A stretch of 64,000 nt of DNA from Cytophagales bacterium UBA2561 (GCA_002340355.1 DDLX01000042.1:7414-71413), one strand, 5' to 3'; positions 1-12,800 are shown, counted from the stretch's first letter. The notes: generated by a model from the letters alone, not told the origin. A program made the numbers and translations.

Positions 1-930
1 TAACAAAATTGCCATAATCGCCACACGAGAACGAGTAGCAGGGGTGACATATTGAGTTACCAAAACAGTTAAAATAATAAAGATAAACATTCGATAGGCG
101 GGATGCCAACGCAAGATTTTATCCCAATTTGGCAATAGTTGGGGGGTATCTGTAAAACGGCGCATAAACAAAACAAAAAACATTGGTGAGGTGGTGGTGA
201 TGAGCCAAAAATAAATTCCAGCGTAAGGGTTTTCAGGAAAAAATAGTTCTTGTATCAGTCCCTCACTAAAGAAATAATAACCCGAAGCCGTTATCATATA
301 AAGAGCATAATAAAGATACGTAATATCTTTTGCGCCAATAAAAATGATGAGATTATAAAATATCAGTACCCAAATAGCACCCTGAAAAAAGGCTTGTACC
401 CAATTTCGATTTTTGATATATTGGTCATGAAAAGCAATAGTATAAACAGAAGGTTTGAATTGATAAACATTTGTCAATTCAAAAAAAACAGCCTGATTAG
501 AATAAGCAGGTAATTCGATGCGTACTTTACCTTTACTATATTCAGGCTCTTGGGTTTGTGAACGAGGACGAAGCTCCCCAAAAAGTCTTTCTACTTTTTT
601 ACCTTCTTTCGTAAAAAGAAAGGCTTTTCCCTTTTCGATACGTCCAAAATCTATGAAAAACGAAGCAGGATACGGATTTGAGTTTTTCACCCAAATCCGT
701 AAAATATAAGTTGTGTCTTGTATAAATTGACCTTCTGTTTTTTTACTAAAAAATTGATTATCCGAATTTTGTGATTTTATTTCAAGATAATTTTCTATTG
801 GTAAAATGTGATTATCTGACAATTGAGATATTTCAATAACATTAGATTGCCCCCAAATAGTACCATTTGAAAAATACCCAAAAGCACAAAGTAAGACATA
901 AAAATTCCAACGGAATATGATTAATTTCAT
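1..930 (-). CDS. 7TMR-DISM-type membrane sensor, N-terminal part (gene runs off the window start)
   Basis: Absent from the ORF track because it leaves the window. My minus-strand translation from the ATG at 930 stays open to base 1 (MKLIIFRWNFYVLLCAFGYFSNG...). It contains AFFQGAIWVLIFYNLIIFIGAKDITYLYYALYM, the YN..F....Y-rich first TM pattern of 7TMR-DISM sensors, which also occurs in the 31816-34134 kinase. Confidence 0.6.
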   Translation of the reverse strand, partial: MKLIIFRWNFYVLLCAFGYFSNGTIWGQSNVIEISQLSDNHILPIENYLEIKSQNSDNQFFSKKTEGQFIQDTTYILRIWVKNSNPYPASFFIDFGRIEKGKAFLFTKEGKKVERLFGELRPRSQTQEPEYSKGKVRIELPAYSNQAVFFELTNVYQFKPSVYTIAFHDQYIKNRNWVQAFFQGAIWVLIFYNLIIFIGAKDITYLYYALYMITASGYYFFSEGLIQELFFPENPYAGIYFWLITTTSPMFFVLFMRRFTDTPQLLPNWDKILRWHPAYRMFIFIILTVLVTQYVTPATRSRVAIMAILL

Positions 931-1036
931 GGAAATTGATGGACAGTACAACCTCTAAAACTACAAGAAATGTTCCTAGTTTCCTTGCCTGCGTAAGATT
1001 TTAGCTGATTTTTTTACAACGACAACTAAAGTATTC

Positions 1037-1429
1037 TTAAAAGTGCTTGGCTTCCTCAAATTCTAGTAAACCTGTTTCGCTATGTCGTCGAAAACTAATG
1101 ATTTTCATATTAATATTCGATAAAATCAGAAGTCGGTCTTCGGTTTGGTTGAGTGTCAGTGCGAAAGGCTGTGTTAAGTCATATCCTTCTTTGGCAGTCA
1201 AAACCTGAATAGGAAATGCCTTCTCAGATTTATCAATCTGATAAACATACAACTGTCTATCTTTCACCTCATACTTAAAGCGATCATCTGAGCTAATAGT
1301 TTCAAATTGTTTGGGATGTTTCAAGGCATATGCCAAAGCATCTAGCAAATCGGTTTGGGCATTTACATTATTTCCAAAATGAGAGAGCCCAAAAATAAAA
1401 ATGATGGTAAACATTCTTTTCATAATCAT
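1037..1429 (-). CDS. hypothetical secreted protein
   Basis: 130-aa ORF with an N-terminal signal-peptide-like segment (MKRMFTIIFIFGLSHFGNNVNAQ). No recognisable motif. Confidence 0.5.
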   Translation of the reverse strand: MIMKRMFTIIFIFGLSHFGNNVNAQTDLLDALAYALKHPKQFETISSDDRFKYEVKDRQLYVYQIDKSEKAFPIQVLTAKEGYDLTQPFALTLNQTEDRLLILSNINMKIISFRRHSETGLLEFEEAKHF

Positions 1430-1705
1430 TACATTAATTTATGTTGTGTTTTTGTTTAGTTATATCCCTTATCCTATTAATATTTTATGATTTTCGTTTG
1501 TAAAAATTTGAAATATTATAAATGCTGATTTTTCCTAAAAGTTCTATATAATTTCACGTAAATTTGATATTCAAGGGGTGCAAATTTCGCTGATTTATGA
1601 CAGAAATGGTATTTTGTCAAAAAATCGTTTTCTGGGGTTTAGTACCTTTTTTTTGTTTTTGTTCAATTTTATCGAAATAAATTCAACTCAAAACCTAAAA
1701 TAAAC

Positions 1706-3421
1706 ATGGAGCAACTCATCGAAGAAAAAGTAACTACTTGGTTAAAAGGAAATTATGATGATAAAACCAAAGCCGTCATCCGAAATATGACAGAAGCCGA
1801 GAAAGTTGAAGCTTTTTATAAGGATTTGGAATTTGGGACGGGTGGTTTAAGAGGAATTATGGGCGTAGGCTCAAATCGTATGAATAAATATACGGTTGGG
1901 GCTGCTACGCAAGGGCTAAGTAATTATCTGAATAAAAATTTTGCAGGACAAGCTATCAAGGTAGTTGTGGCGCACGATAGCCGAAATAATAGCCCTGAAT
2001 TTGCTTCGATTGTCGCTGATGTTTTTTCAGCTAATAATATTCATGTTTATTTCTTTGAAAGCCTTCGCCCCACTCCCGAATTATCCTTTGCCATTCGGCA
2101 TTTGGGCTGTCAAAGTGGTGTGGTTTTGACTGCCTCTCACAATCCTAAAGAATATAATGGGTATAAGGCTTATTGGAGTGATGGCGCACAATTAATTCCA
2201 CCACATGATAAAAATGTAATTACAGAAGTTCGAGCTATTGCTTCGGTCGATGATATTCAGTTTGAGCGAAAAACTGAAAATGTAGAAATTATCGGTAAAG
2301 AAATGGATGAGTTGTACTTGGAGCAAGTCAAAACACTTTCGATTAATCGGGATGTCATTACACGCCAAAGAGACTTAAAGATTGTTTTCTCTCCCATTCA
2401 CGGGACGGGGATTATGGTGCCGAAACTATTGAAAAAAATGGGCTTTGAGAATGTTCATATTGTCAAAGAACAAGCAAACCCTGATGGTAATTTTCCGACT
2501 GTTGTTTATCCTAATCCCGAAGAGGAGGAGGCGATGAGTATTGCCCTCAAAAAAGCACAAGAATTAAATGCGGATGTTGTCATGGCAACTGATCCTGATG
2601 CTGATCGTGTCGGAATTGGTGTCAAAAACCATAAAGGCAAATGGGTACTTTTGAATGGTAATCAAACAGGAAGTTTGCTAATTGGGTATATGCTTCGGGC
2701 TTGGAGAGATGCAGGTAAAATTATAGGTAATGAAATGATTATCAAAACGATAGTTACTTCAGAATTGATTGATGATATGGCAAAGAAGTTTGGTGTCAAA
2801 TGTTATAACACCCTGACTGGTTTCAAGTATATTGCTGATAAAATTCGAGAATTAGAAGGCAAAGAAAAATTTATTGCAGGTGGTGAAGAAAGTTACGGTT
2901 ATTTGATTGGAGATGCAGTACGGGATAAGGACGCAGTAGCTTCTTGTGGAATGATTGCTGAAATGGTGGCGTATGCCAAAGACCAAAAACAGAGTTTATT
3001 TGAAATGTTAATTTCCAATTATTGGGAGTATGGATTTTATTTGGAGCGATTGATTTCTATCCGAAAAGAAGGAAAATCAGGAGCAGAAGAAATTGCAAAA
3101 ATGATGCAAGATTTTCGAGCAAATCCTCCTCAAGTAATTAATAATCAAAAAGTTACTCGTATTTTAGATTATAATACGTCCATAGAAAAAGACTTACTGA
3201 CAGGCAAAGAAAAAGTGATTGATTTACCAAAATCGAATGTTTTACAATTTTATACTGAAGATGGTGCTAAAATTTCGGCTCGTCCGTCAGGTACTGAACC
3301 CAAAATAAAATTTTATTTTAGTGTTAAAACACGACTCGTAGGCAAAGATAAATTTGATGAAACAGAAGCCTTGTTGAATCAACAAATTGATGCCATTATT
3401 ACTGATTTGAAATTGAATTAA
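1706..3421 (+). CDS. phospho-sugar mutase (phosphoglucomutase/phosphomannomutase family)
   Basis: 571 aa. Active-site loop TASHNPKEYNGYK, metal loop DPDADR and sugar loop GEESYG are typical of alpha-D-phosphohexomutases. Confidence 0.9.
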   Translation: MEQLIEEKVTTWLKGNYDDKTKAVIRNMTEAEKVEAFYKDLEFGTGGLRGIMGVGSNRMNKYTVGAATQGLSNYLNKNFAGQAIKVVVAHDSRNNSPEFASIVADVFSANNIHVYFFESLRPTPELSFAIRHLGCQSGVVLTASHNPKEYNGYKAYWSDGAQLIPPHDKNVITEVRAIASVDDIQFERKTENVEIIGKEMDELYLEQVKTLSINRDVITRQRDLKIVFSPIHGTGIMVPKLLKKMGFENVHIVKEQANPDGNFPTVVYPNPEEEEAMSIALKKAQELNADVVMATDPDADRVGIGVKNHKGKWVLLNGNQTGSLLIGYMLRAWRDAGKIIGNEMIIKTIVTSELIDDMAKKFGVKCYNTLTGFKYIADKIRELEGKEKFIAGGEESYGYLIGDAVRDKDAVASCGMIAEMVAYAKDQKQSLFEMLISNYWEYGFYLERLISIRKEGKSGAEEIAKMMQDFRANPPQVINNQKVTRILDYNTSIEKDLLTGKEKVIDLPKSNVLQFYTEDGAKISARPSGTEPKIKFYFSVKTRLVGKDKFDETEALLNQQIDAIITDLKLN

Positions 3422-3441
3422 ATTTTTATTAAAATGGAGTT

Positions 3442-3586
3442 TTAGAGGTTATTTAAATAAAATATTGATTGTCAAATTTTTACATGAATTTCCATAAAGT
3501 AGGGTTTGCAAACCTTACTTTATGGAAATCAGCGGTTTTGAGCAATGAAAGCTATTTCCCTAAAGATATTTTTAAACAACCTCTAA
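3442..3586. mobile_element. MITE-like element, family 1 (terminal inverted repeats plus central hairpin)
   Basis: The left end TTAGAGGTTATTTAAA and right end TTTAAACAACCTCTAA are inverted repeats. The core hairpin ATTTCCATAAAGTAGGGTTTGCAAACCTTACTTTATGGAAAT lies at 3488-3529. The element sits between convergent genes and is homologous to 36353-36534. Confidence 0.6.
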
Positions 3587-3599
3587 ACCCGTTAGATTT

Positions 3600-5408
3600 T
3601 TAAAAACCTGACGGGTTTATGGCTCCATACAATAACTTTTTGAATGATGGATTATTTTTAATTAACCTCATCCATGTGCCCTTGTCTTTAATTTTTCCAT
3701 TTTCTAACCAAAAAATCCAGTCGGCTTGCCGAATGGTTTGAGGACGATGAGCAATCAAAATTACCGTCATTTTTTGGCGTAATTGTCGAATTGCTTGATT
3801 AATTTTTTGTTCTGTAGCCGAATCTAAGGCAGAAGTTGCCTCATCTAAAATCAAAATTTCGGGCTGTCGGTATAAAGCACGAGCAATGCCTAAACGTTGA
3901 CGTTGTCCGCCTGATAGTTGAATTCCTTTTTCACCAACTAATGTATTTAAACCTTGTGGTAAATTTTGCACAAAACTTGTAAGCTGTGCTATTTCTAATA
4001 CTTTCCAAACTTGTTTTTGATTTATTTTTTCTTTTAAAATTCCAAAAGTAATATTTTCTAAGATAGATTCATTTAGTAAAAAAATCTGTTGGGGAACATA
4101 GCCAATTTTGGATTGATAACTCATTTGATATTTCGAAGTAATTACTTGATTTCCAAAGTATAATTTCCCTTTTTGGGCTGAGAATAATCCCGTTAAAATT
4201 CCAATAAGAGTACTTTTTCCTGATCCAGATTCTCCAACAAATGCCGTAATTTGAAAGGGTTGAATTTCTAATGACAAATTTTGCAAAATTTGCTGTTTAG
4301 ATTGATAAGAAAAGTAAATATTTTCAAGTCGAATAGGAACGAATTGCTCTGTGATTTCTGAATGATCTAAGGCTAGAATTTTTTGTTTTTCAGTGTTTTG
4401 GATAATATTGGCTAATATTTTTACATTCTTAATATAAAAACGAATACTAGTCAAACTTTGTCCTACTTTTACTAATGAAGGAAAAATTTTCACTACAGCA
4501 ACGCCCAAAATAGTCATTGTACCAATTAGGTTCTCGAAAGGAATACCCAAAAATGAATATACTAAAATAACTCCAATAAAAGTACTAAACAAAACAGTCT
4601 CAATAAAATAACGAGGGAGAGCTTTGCCTACCATAAACTTAATTTTGGTTTCTACAGCTTTAGAAAAAGCAAAGTGATAACGTTCTAAAAAGAAATTTTG
4701 AGACTGAAAAATTTGTACTTCTTGCATTCCTTCTAAAGTTTCTAGCCCAATTCGAAAATAATCTTCAGCATATTGCGTGTGTTGAGTGCTTAATCTTCGA
4801 AGCTCAGGTTGCATCCATTGATAAGTCAGCCCCATCAAAAGCCCAATTGTCCCACAACCCATCAAAGTAATAATAGGATAAAGTATTAACAAAAAAATGA
4901 GGATACAAACAATAATAATTCCTTCAGAAAATAAGACTAAAAAGACATCCATGAAATGTTGTGAGACAGCAAGTACTTCGTATGTAATATTTTTGAATAA
5001 AATGGAAGAATCTGTTTTTGTATATAAAAGGTAGGGCTGATGTAAATAAGCTGAAAGTAATTGGGTACTTAAACGATTTTCAAAATACGTAACTGTTTTA
5101 TTTCTCCAATAAACTATTGTAAGTGAATAAGCCATCTTAAGAAGTAAGAAAAATAGTATTATGATTCCAAAAATGAGCAAAAAATATGAAGGGTTTGAAG
5201 GGATAGCCCACGCAGGGAGCATTTGTAAAAAAGTTTGAAAATAAGGATGATTCAGGAAGGATTCAGGTTCTAAAAAAAGGTAAGTAATTGGTACTAAAAA
5301 ACTGATTCCCAGAGATTCTGTAATTCCTAAGCCCAACATTCCAAGCAATAAAAAAAGGAGTCGTTTCCGCTCCTTTTTCATAAAAATAATTTGAAGATAT
5401 GTAAACAT
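3600..5408 (-). CDS. ABC exporter, fused permease/ATP-binding protein
   Basis: 602 aa with an N-terminal six-TM region. Walker A GESGSGKST, signature LSGGQRQRLGIARAL and Walker B ILILDEATSALD are present. Paralog of 54518-56305. Confidence 0.85.
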   Translation of the reverse strand: MFTYLQIIFMKKERKRLLFLLLGMLGLGITESLGISFLVPITYLFLEPESFLNHPYFQTFLQMLPAWAIPSNPSYFLLIFGIIILFFLLLKMAYSLTIVYWRNKTVTYFENRLSTQLLSAYLHQPYLLYTKTDSSILFKNITYEVLAVSQHFMDVFLVLFSEGIIIVCILIFLLILYPIITLMGCGTIGLLMGLTYQWMQPELRRLSTQHTQYAEDYFRIGLETLEGMQEVQIFQSQNFFLERYHFAFSKAVETKIKFMVGKALPRYFIETVLFSTFIGVILVYSFLGIPFENLIGTMTILGVAVVKIFPSLVKVGQSLTSIRFYIKNVKILANIIQNTEKQKILALDHSEITEQFVPIRLENIYFSYQSKQQILQNLSLEIQPFQITAFVGESGSGKSTLIGILTGLFSAQKGKLYFGNQVITSKYQMSYQSKIGYVPQQIFLLNESILENITFGILKEKINQKQVWKVLEIAQLTSFVQNLPQGLNTLVGEKGIQLSGGQRQRLGIARALYRQPEILILDEATSALDSATEQKINQAIRQLRQKMTVILIAHRPQTIRQADWIFWLENGKIKDKGTWMRLIKNNPSFKKLLYGAINPSGF

Positions 5409-5474
5409 ACAAAGCGTTTAATTTGGTTTTTTTTGATAAAAGGAAATTTCACCAAAGATAAACCCTAAATGCAT

Positions 5475-6719
5475 TTATTTTGCTCCTGCCTCTAAAAGTC
5501 TGTCTCGAATTCCGTCTAAAGCAATTTCCTTATTAGCAGTAACCATAACACCTACTTTAGTTTCAGGATTGAAATAAAAATCAGTTTGTACGCCTTGTTC
5601 TGCGCCATTATGTCCCAAAATAATATTTTCATCTTCATCCTTGTCATACGCCCAACTCAAGCCATATCCTGAACTATCATCAAATCCTGCTCGTGTCATG
5701 ATTAAGTCTACAGTAGAGGATTTGAGGATTGTTTTGCCATTTAATGAACCACCATTCATAAACATCAACATAAATTTACTCATATCCTCAGCACTACTTC
5801 GGAGTTGTCCATTCGGATAATCGACAAAAGTGTAATGTCCGATGAGTGTACCATCATCTTGATATGGCAGAGCAGCATCATCTAGATTGATTTCTCGAAG
5901 CCACCAACCCGTATTTTGCATTTCGAGGGGTCGGAAAAGAACTTCATTCGAATACTCATGAAAAGATTTTCCAGAAATTACCTCTGCTAAATATCCACAC
6001 AATGCTGAACCAATATTCGAATATTCAAATTTTGTTCCTGGCTTTTGGGTCAAATATGAACCATCTGCTTGATAATATTTTCCTTCACTCGTCAAATAAT
6101 CTTTCAAGAAATCACCTAAATCTAACTGGATATCCTGACCATAAGCATAAACGAGATTTGTCTCTAAATCTTCATAAGCTAAGTCTTGAATAGAACTAGC
6201 ATGTGCCAACAGCATTTTAAAAGTAATTGGTTCATTAGGATGAGCAGGATTTACAACTTTAAAAGGTAAATAATTATTGATGTCATCATCTAACTGAAAT
6301 TTATCTTGGTCATAGAGTGTCATCAAAACCACTCCTGTGACTACTTTGGAAACCGATCCCAACATAAAAGCCGTTGTTGGCTTTACTGTTCGTCCTGTGG
6401 CTATGTCTGCCTTTCCAAATCCTTTTGTCCAAATAAGTTTATCATCTTTGACAATAAAAGCAGAAAGTCCATTGATTTTTTCGGCTTTCATATCCTCTTC
6501 GATAAAGGCTTCTAAATCTCTGAAGTCTAATGGACTTTGCGTATTTGCTCCGTCATCCTTACCTATATCCGCACTGTCTTTGTCATTCCCTGCATTATTC
6601 TCTTCGAGTTGAGTGGGTGTACTAGGGGCGGGGTCTTTGTCATCTCCACCACCACAAGCTGTAAACATACCCGAAGAAAGTAGTATGGCGAGAATGAAAA
6701 TGTTAATTTTAGTTCGCAT
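5475..6719 (-). CDS. serine hydrolase (beta-lactamase-fold family), probable lipoprotein
   Basis: SVSK (S-x-x-K) motif in GSVSKVVTGV. I prefer the internal start MRTKINIFILAILLSSGMFTAC (lipobox-like) at 6719 over the track start at 6794. Confidence 0.75.
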   Translation of the reverse strand: MRTKINIFILAILLSSGMFTACGGGDDKDPAPSTPTQLEENNAGNDKDSADIGKDDGANTQSPLDFRDLEAFIEEDMKAEKINGLSAFIVKDDKLIWTKGFGKADIATGRTVKPTTAFMLGSVSKVVTGVVLMTLYDQDKFQLDDDINNYLPFKVVNPAHPNEPITFKMLLAHASSIQDLAYEDLETNLVYAYGQDIQLDLGDFLKDYLTSEGKYYQADGSYLTQKPGTKFEYSNIGSALCGYLAEVISGKSFHEYSNEVLFRPLEMQNTGWWLREINLDDAALPYQDDGTLIGHYTFVDYPNGQLRSSAEDMSKFMLMFMNGGSLNGKTILKSSTVDLIMTRAGFDDSSGYGLSWAYDKDEDENIILGHNGAEQGVQTDFYFNPETKVGVMVTANKEIALDGIRDRLLEAGAK

Positions 6720-6803
6720 AAATTTCAAAAAGTTTAGGAAAATGAATAAATAAAAAAAGTCTAACAATTTAGAAAAACTTTTCTTGAGAAGCAACTTTTT
6801 AAA

Positions 6804-9800
6804 TTATCGCCGAAGTTCTAAGAAACCACCTTTATAGCCAATATTTTCATACTCAATAACATAGAAATATGTTCCGACAGGCAATCGATCATTAATGTGA
6901 ATACCTTGATTACACTGTCCTTCCCAATTATTTTGATAATTATGATTTTCGTAAACTATATTTCCCCATCGATTATAAATCACTAAGCTAATTTTTCCAG
7001 CTTTTGGATGTGGTGGGATTTTCCACAAATCATTTACACTATCGCCATTTGGAGAAATTGCATTTGGAATTAATGGGGTTAAGTCTTCTATAGTTGGAAA
7101 GTCAAACCAAAATCGTAGTTTAGCTTCAGTACAAGGTGTACACTCAGCATAATCACCTGTGGGACAAACTTGGTAAAAAACGGAATCGGTCTCTATGTTA
7201 TTTTTCGATGTATTAGTAGGTATTTGTAAAATAAATATTCCATTATCATCTAATTGAAAAGGAATGGCTTCTGCTGTTGTCGTAATTTTTGGCTGAATAA
7301 CGATATCAGTTCGTGAAAGAATAGCAGGCGGTAGTTTACCTCTGAAAATTCCTGTAGTTGTGATTTGATAACTTGGGACTTCTGATACAACTGGGGCTGA
7401 ATATTGAATTTCAGGAATTTCGATATAAACCACCACAGGCAAACAATTCTGAGAATCACAAACCTGATAAGTTAAGCTGTCTGTTCCCGAAAAACAAGGT
7501 TCTCCTTCATAGATGAATGTTCCTAAGGAATCAATGGAAATATTCCCTCCTACTGTTTGCCCTGAAAATGGAATCACCCAAGTATCTTGAGGTAAAATAA
7601 TATCAACTTCGGCTCTATTTGTATCAGCTTGAATTACAGTGTCTTTTGGCGTGAAAACTGTATAAAGTTTACAAAATGAAATAGAACTTCGGAGACATAA
7701 GTTTTTAGCATCACAGACTTCGAAAATGGCAAAATCATCTCCTTTAAAATTCGCGGTTGGTGTGAAAGCAAAACTTCCGTCAGTATCTAATAAAAATACG
7801 CCATTCGTAGGATACTGTATAATTTTTCCGATATGTAAGGGATCTTCTTCAGGATCAAAGTCATTAGTCAATACATTTCCTGAAACTACTCCATTCATTT
7901 CCACACAAGCCGTATCCGAATTTACAATCAGATAGTTTTCATCTTCTTGAGTTTGAGGCTCATCAGTAGAAGTGTGAAGAATGTGTACTGTTTGGGTCGT
8001 ACAAAAATTTAATGAAGTACAAACTTGATATGTAAATTGGTCAGTACCTACAAAACCACTCTGAGGTATAAATATAAATGTGCCATTTGGATCTAAGATA
8101 ACAGAACCATATTTTGGCGGATGAAGCAAGGTGGCTTGAAGTACTCCATCATTCGGATGAGAATCATTTGCCAATACATTTCCTTCCAAAGTACTGTCTT
8201 GTTGAATGGTGTAATTATCTGCCTGAATAGTAGGTAAGTTCGTCCGTGCGGTAATAGTCAGAAAAACTATAGCCCTAGAACATAATGGAGGATTTGCACG
8301 GTCACAAACTTCATACGTAAAATAATCAACACCCAAGGCTCCTGTATTTGGTGTATAATCAAATGTTCCATCAGAATTAATTACGACAGTTCCTAAATCA
8401 GGTTCTTCAATAGGAGTTGTCTTAATGCGAAGCAGATCTCCATCCCTATCAAAATCATTAGTGAGAACATTTTTATTTTGAATAATTCCATTTCTAGGTA
8501 CAAGATAATGATTAGAAATGGCTGTAGGTGGGTCATTTTGAGGTAGAATGGTCAATTTAACCCAGCTCTGTGTACAAAATGGAATCGAATTACAGATCTC
8601 AACCATTAAAGAATCTGTTCCTGTAAAATCGGGATTAGGAATGTAGGTCATGATACCATTCTTACTTAATGTAACCGTTCCATTTTTAGGTGGAATTAAG
8701 GGATTCGTTGTTAGTTTAAGTACACTTCCTAAAATATCATAATCATTTCCTAATAAATTGACGATTAATTTTTTATCTTCAATGGCTTGGAGGCTGTCTT
8801 TTCCAACTCGAGGAGTATAATTTGGTTCATAATCTGCTTTCGTATCAGGAATAGTGATATTCACTTTAGCAGGATTTGAAAAAAGGTGTCTATCACTAGC
8901 TACCCAACAAAACGAGGTTGTTCCAGACCAATTTTTATTGGGCATAAAAACTACATATTTCAATTCATTTGCAGGAATAATTTGATGTTCTACGACTGGA
9001 ATCCCTCTAAAATAGAGAATTCCATCTTTAGGCAAACAATCTATTCGAATAGAAGATAAAGGAGTTTCTTCCACATCTCCATAATTATTTTGAAACTGAT
9101 TAGGAAAAGAAACATCCCAGTTAAGTCCCTTTGCAGTAATAAAAAAGGTCTCTATTCTAGGAGCATCATTGACAGCCGTTATCGTTAAGTTAACAGTAGC
9201 AGGATTACTTAGTTCTCCATCTGAATCCACAGCCTGCCACGTAAATTGATCAGTACCATTATAGTTAAAATTAGGAGAATAGGTTAATTGATCTAATGCA
9301 CTCCATGATAAATATTGTGGTGTCGTAATCAAATGACCACCATAATATAATTTGCCATTTGTTGGTAGCACCGAAATAAAAATGGCTTTGGAAGCCAACA
9401 TCGGGTCATTATCCTTATCCGAATAATGATTTTGAAAAACCTCTTGTCCAAAACGATGAGGTATATCTTCTAGTAATACGACACTAAATTCTGTGATTTC
9501 GGGAGCATTATTCAGTACTCGGACAGTTTGAAAGGTAGTCTCTACACATCCCGAAGAAGTCGTAACAGTCAAGAAAACCAGAAATTCGCCTTTAGTATGA
9601 TAGGTCAATTCTGGAGGATTTCGTTGAGCATAATTAGTCGAAGAGTGAAACGGAATTACCGTACTAAACATTGGATTTCCTGAAGGAAAGTGCCACTCCC
9701 AATCTACAATTTTGGTATCGGTAGTTGTTGAAATATCGTTTAAAGCGACTTTGAGAGGTCGATATCCGACAGGATTTTTGGGTGTAAAATCAGCAATAGT

Positions 9801-12800
9801 ATTATAAACATGAACTGCAGAAGTTTTGATATCCGAAGCTGCACATCCCGCATAGTCTTTTATGGTGAGTGATACACTATAAAACCCTCCTTTTTTATAG
9901 GCATATTGAGGATTTGTAATAGCAGGATTATTACCCATCCCTGTCAATTTTGTTCCATCCCCAAAATCCCATGTATATTCGAGTCGTGCAGGAGGAACAG
10001 CTTGTCCATTAATCGTAGCAAATGAAACATTATCTCGAAACTGAACATTTCCGTTTGGACAAACTTGAGGGTTATCTATCAAATAACTTGTTGATATACT
10101 GGGAGATACAACAGTAATAAACTTTGAAGTAGTAGCACGACATTGGATATTGTGATCAAGTTCATATTGTGAAGCTATTGTCAATCGAATTTCATAATTG
10201 CCTGCTTTATCAAAATTAAAAGTAGGATTTTGTTGGGTGGAGGTAGCGAAAATTATGTTGTTATGTACAAAATCCCACTGCCAATATGCTACATCAGGTT
10301 TTAATACAGCTCGATTGGGATGAATATCTGTAGCGGGATCGGGTTTACTTTGATCTTGAAGCTGGAGTTGAGTTTTAGCACAAAGAAATGTTGTATAATT
10401 AGCGGTAAATTGAGCAATAGGCTTACCACTTGACTTGATAGGAGCTAATTCCGTAGGATATGGTGTTCGACAATTCAAGTGATCAATGAGTGTCATAATT
10501 GGATAAAACACTCCTGGTTTTGCATAAGTATGACTAACCGTAGAAGAAGGAGGACCAGCATTTTCACCTAATGCCGAATAGTCCTGCACCTCTACCAATC
10601 CATCTCCAAAATCCCATTCGATTTTTTCATAGTGACTTAAAGCCGTCAAAAATGTGGCTGCTCCTGCCGTAAAGAATTCATTTTGAGGATAACATAAATA
10701 TTCGGGAGTGTGCGTAAAACTTCCCACAGGTCCTGCAATCGAAATAAAGCCTAATTTGGAAACTTCTACATTACAGCCTGCCTTATGATAAAGTGTGAGT
10801 TTTGGGGAATATCGTCCTGGTTTCGCATAAAAATGAGGGTCAGGTTTTGGTTTCGTTGATAAAAAACCATCTCCATATTCCCATAAATATCCCACAATAT
10901 TAGCGTCTGGGATTACTTTTTCTAAGATAACCCCCTCTGTTACACAAGATACTTCAGCATATCCACCAATCCCAATAGGATGGTTAACCACCGTAAAATC
11001 TGAGTCAGGGGTAGGGTAAACTCGAACATCTTTAGTGGCTGTATGCTGACACCCTGAAATATCTGTTACTGTGAGCGAAACCGTATAAAATCCTGCTGTA
11101 CTGTATTTATGCCAAGGCTCATAGGAATTTGAGGTAGTACCATCATCAAAATCCCATAAATAACTAACCAAGTTTGTCCGTTTACCATTTTCATCAAAAG
11201 AGGTATTTTTATCTCTAAAATTTAATACATCATTTGGGCAAAACTCTGTCCCAATTGTAAAACGAGCCGTAGGACGAGTTACCAATATGTCAAATTCCTT
11301 ACTACTCTTACAACCCTCAATATTTTTAACAGTTAATCTTATTTTATATCTTCCTGTCCTAGTGTAAGTATGACTTGCCACACGGTTATCAGTATAAGTT
11401 TGAACTGTACCATCCCCAAAATCCCATTTCCATTCTACAATCGAAGTAGTAGCTGGGCTGAATGTAGAAGCGTCGGTTATGGTCAAGGTACTATTCTCAC
11501 AAATTTTATTAGGAATGGTTAGAAAATCAGCTCTTAAGTCCATAACCTTGGTCGTTTGTGTAATGGAGATACCACAATCTGTTTGGTAAGTTACTCGATA
11601 ATCTCCAATATTTGGAAAGAGATAGCTATATTTACCTTGTCTACCTGATACGTTATGAAGTACTTGAAAACTTCCATTGGGTAATTTTCTCTCAATCTTC
11701 CAAGTATGCTCTAGTGGTGCTTTAGTAGCTGTTAACTGAGGATCAAGTGTAATTGAGCGTGTACACGAAACAGGTGGTAATGTAAAATTACTTCTAACAT
11801 CATTGACGAGAACATCAGTGGATGCATAGCTTACACATCCACTTTTTGTGTTTGTAATTGTTAAGAAGATATTATACCTTCCTGCAGAAGTATATGTATG
11901 GTTTAGTGTTTTAAAATATCCACTATGAGAGGTCTTATCTCCCCAATTGACAGTATAAATATCAAAATTAGGGTCATGACCTGCCAGACTTTGATTTGTA
12001 AACTCAAATGTTCCTGTAGTGCCACAAACTACACTCGGAGATGTAACTGTAATACCAGCTAACACCCCATCAAGATAAGCCACTGTCTCAAATGTAATGC
12101 TATTTAGACATGTCGTATTACTTGCTGTTACCTTAACTTTACTCGTACCTCGATATGTGGGTGATAAATATAAATCATTAGTAGCCGTAATAAAGGTCTC
12201 ATAAGGTATTGTTTCACCTACACTAATAAATTCCCAAACATATTTATCTGCCTTGATACTTCCCGCATCTATATTCAGAGGTATTCTTTTACTTTCACTT
12301 AGACAGTTAATACTAAAACCTGTAGTTGGTTTTACATTTAATAACGTGTCTTCTACACATCCCTTTAGACTTCGAGCTGTCAAATGTACCGAATAAGACT
12401 TTAATCCAGAAAGCTTTATAGGTTTATCATAATCAGCTGAAGTGGTAAATGATAGGTTTTGGTCTCCCTTAATTACCCAACTATACTCAACAATTTTATC
12501 TCCTGGAAGTAATTCATAAATATGCGTACTAGCCCTAAATTCGTATTCATAGGGAGGACACTCCGTTTTTGATTCGTGAATAACAGGTTTAAATTTAGGC
12601 TTGATTTGTACATATTTATAAGAGGGACAACTACTGTATGGAGAAATTAAATCTAATGCAACCTTATGTTTTTTATTGTCAGCTATCACAAAGGAGTAAG
12701 TAGGTTCAGTAGTCGTGGTGGTATATTGACTCCCTTCATCTACATAAATCGTCCATTGGTATTGTGTGACATCTGTAGTTTGAACAGCAGATAGAAAAAC

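Noticed and set aside
250-709. Plus-strand ORFs 250-513 and 518-709.
   Set aside because: They lie antisense to the open minus-strand frame that encodes a 7TMR-DISM sensor N-terminus starting at 930.
6002-8000. Short ORFs inside or antisense to long genes: 6002-6193, 6306-6515, 6337-6612, 7250-7459 and 7726-7935. The same applies elsewhere to 15132-15344, 16315-16524, 16919-17134, 17674-18249, 19660-20521, 21124-21451, 21941-22591, 23228-23501, 24307-24534, 25295-25624, 27644-27925, 28938-29370, 29734-29937, 30961-31356, 32183-32386, 43176-43400, 44157-44351, 45601-45789, 46880-48619, 48921-49103, 49573-49818, 51408-51602, 51878-52066, 52832-53212, 57462-57768, 60037-61472 and 63730-63942.
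   Set aside because: Each overlaps a much longer ORF with clear family motifs. Their translations are low-complexity or Phe/Ile/Leu/Lys-rich, as expected from AT-rich antisense or out-of-frame reading.
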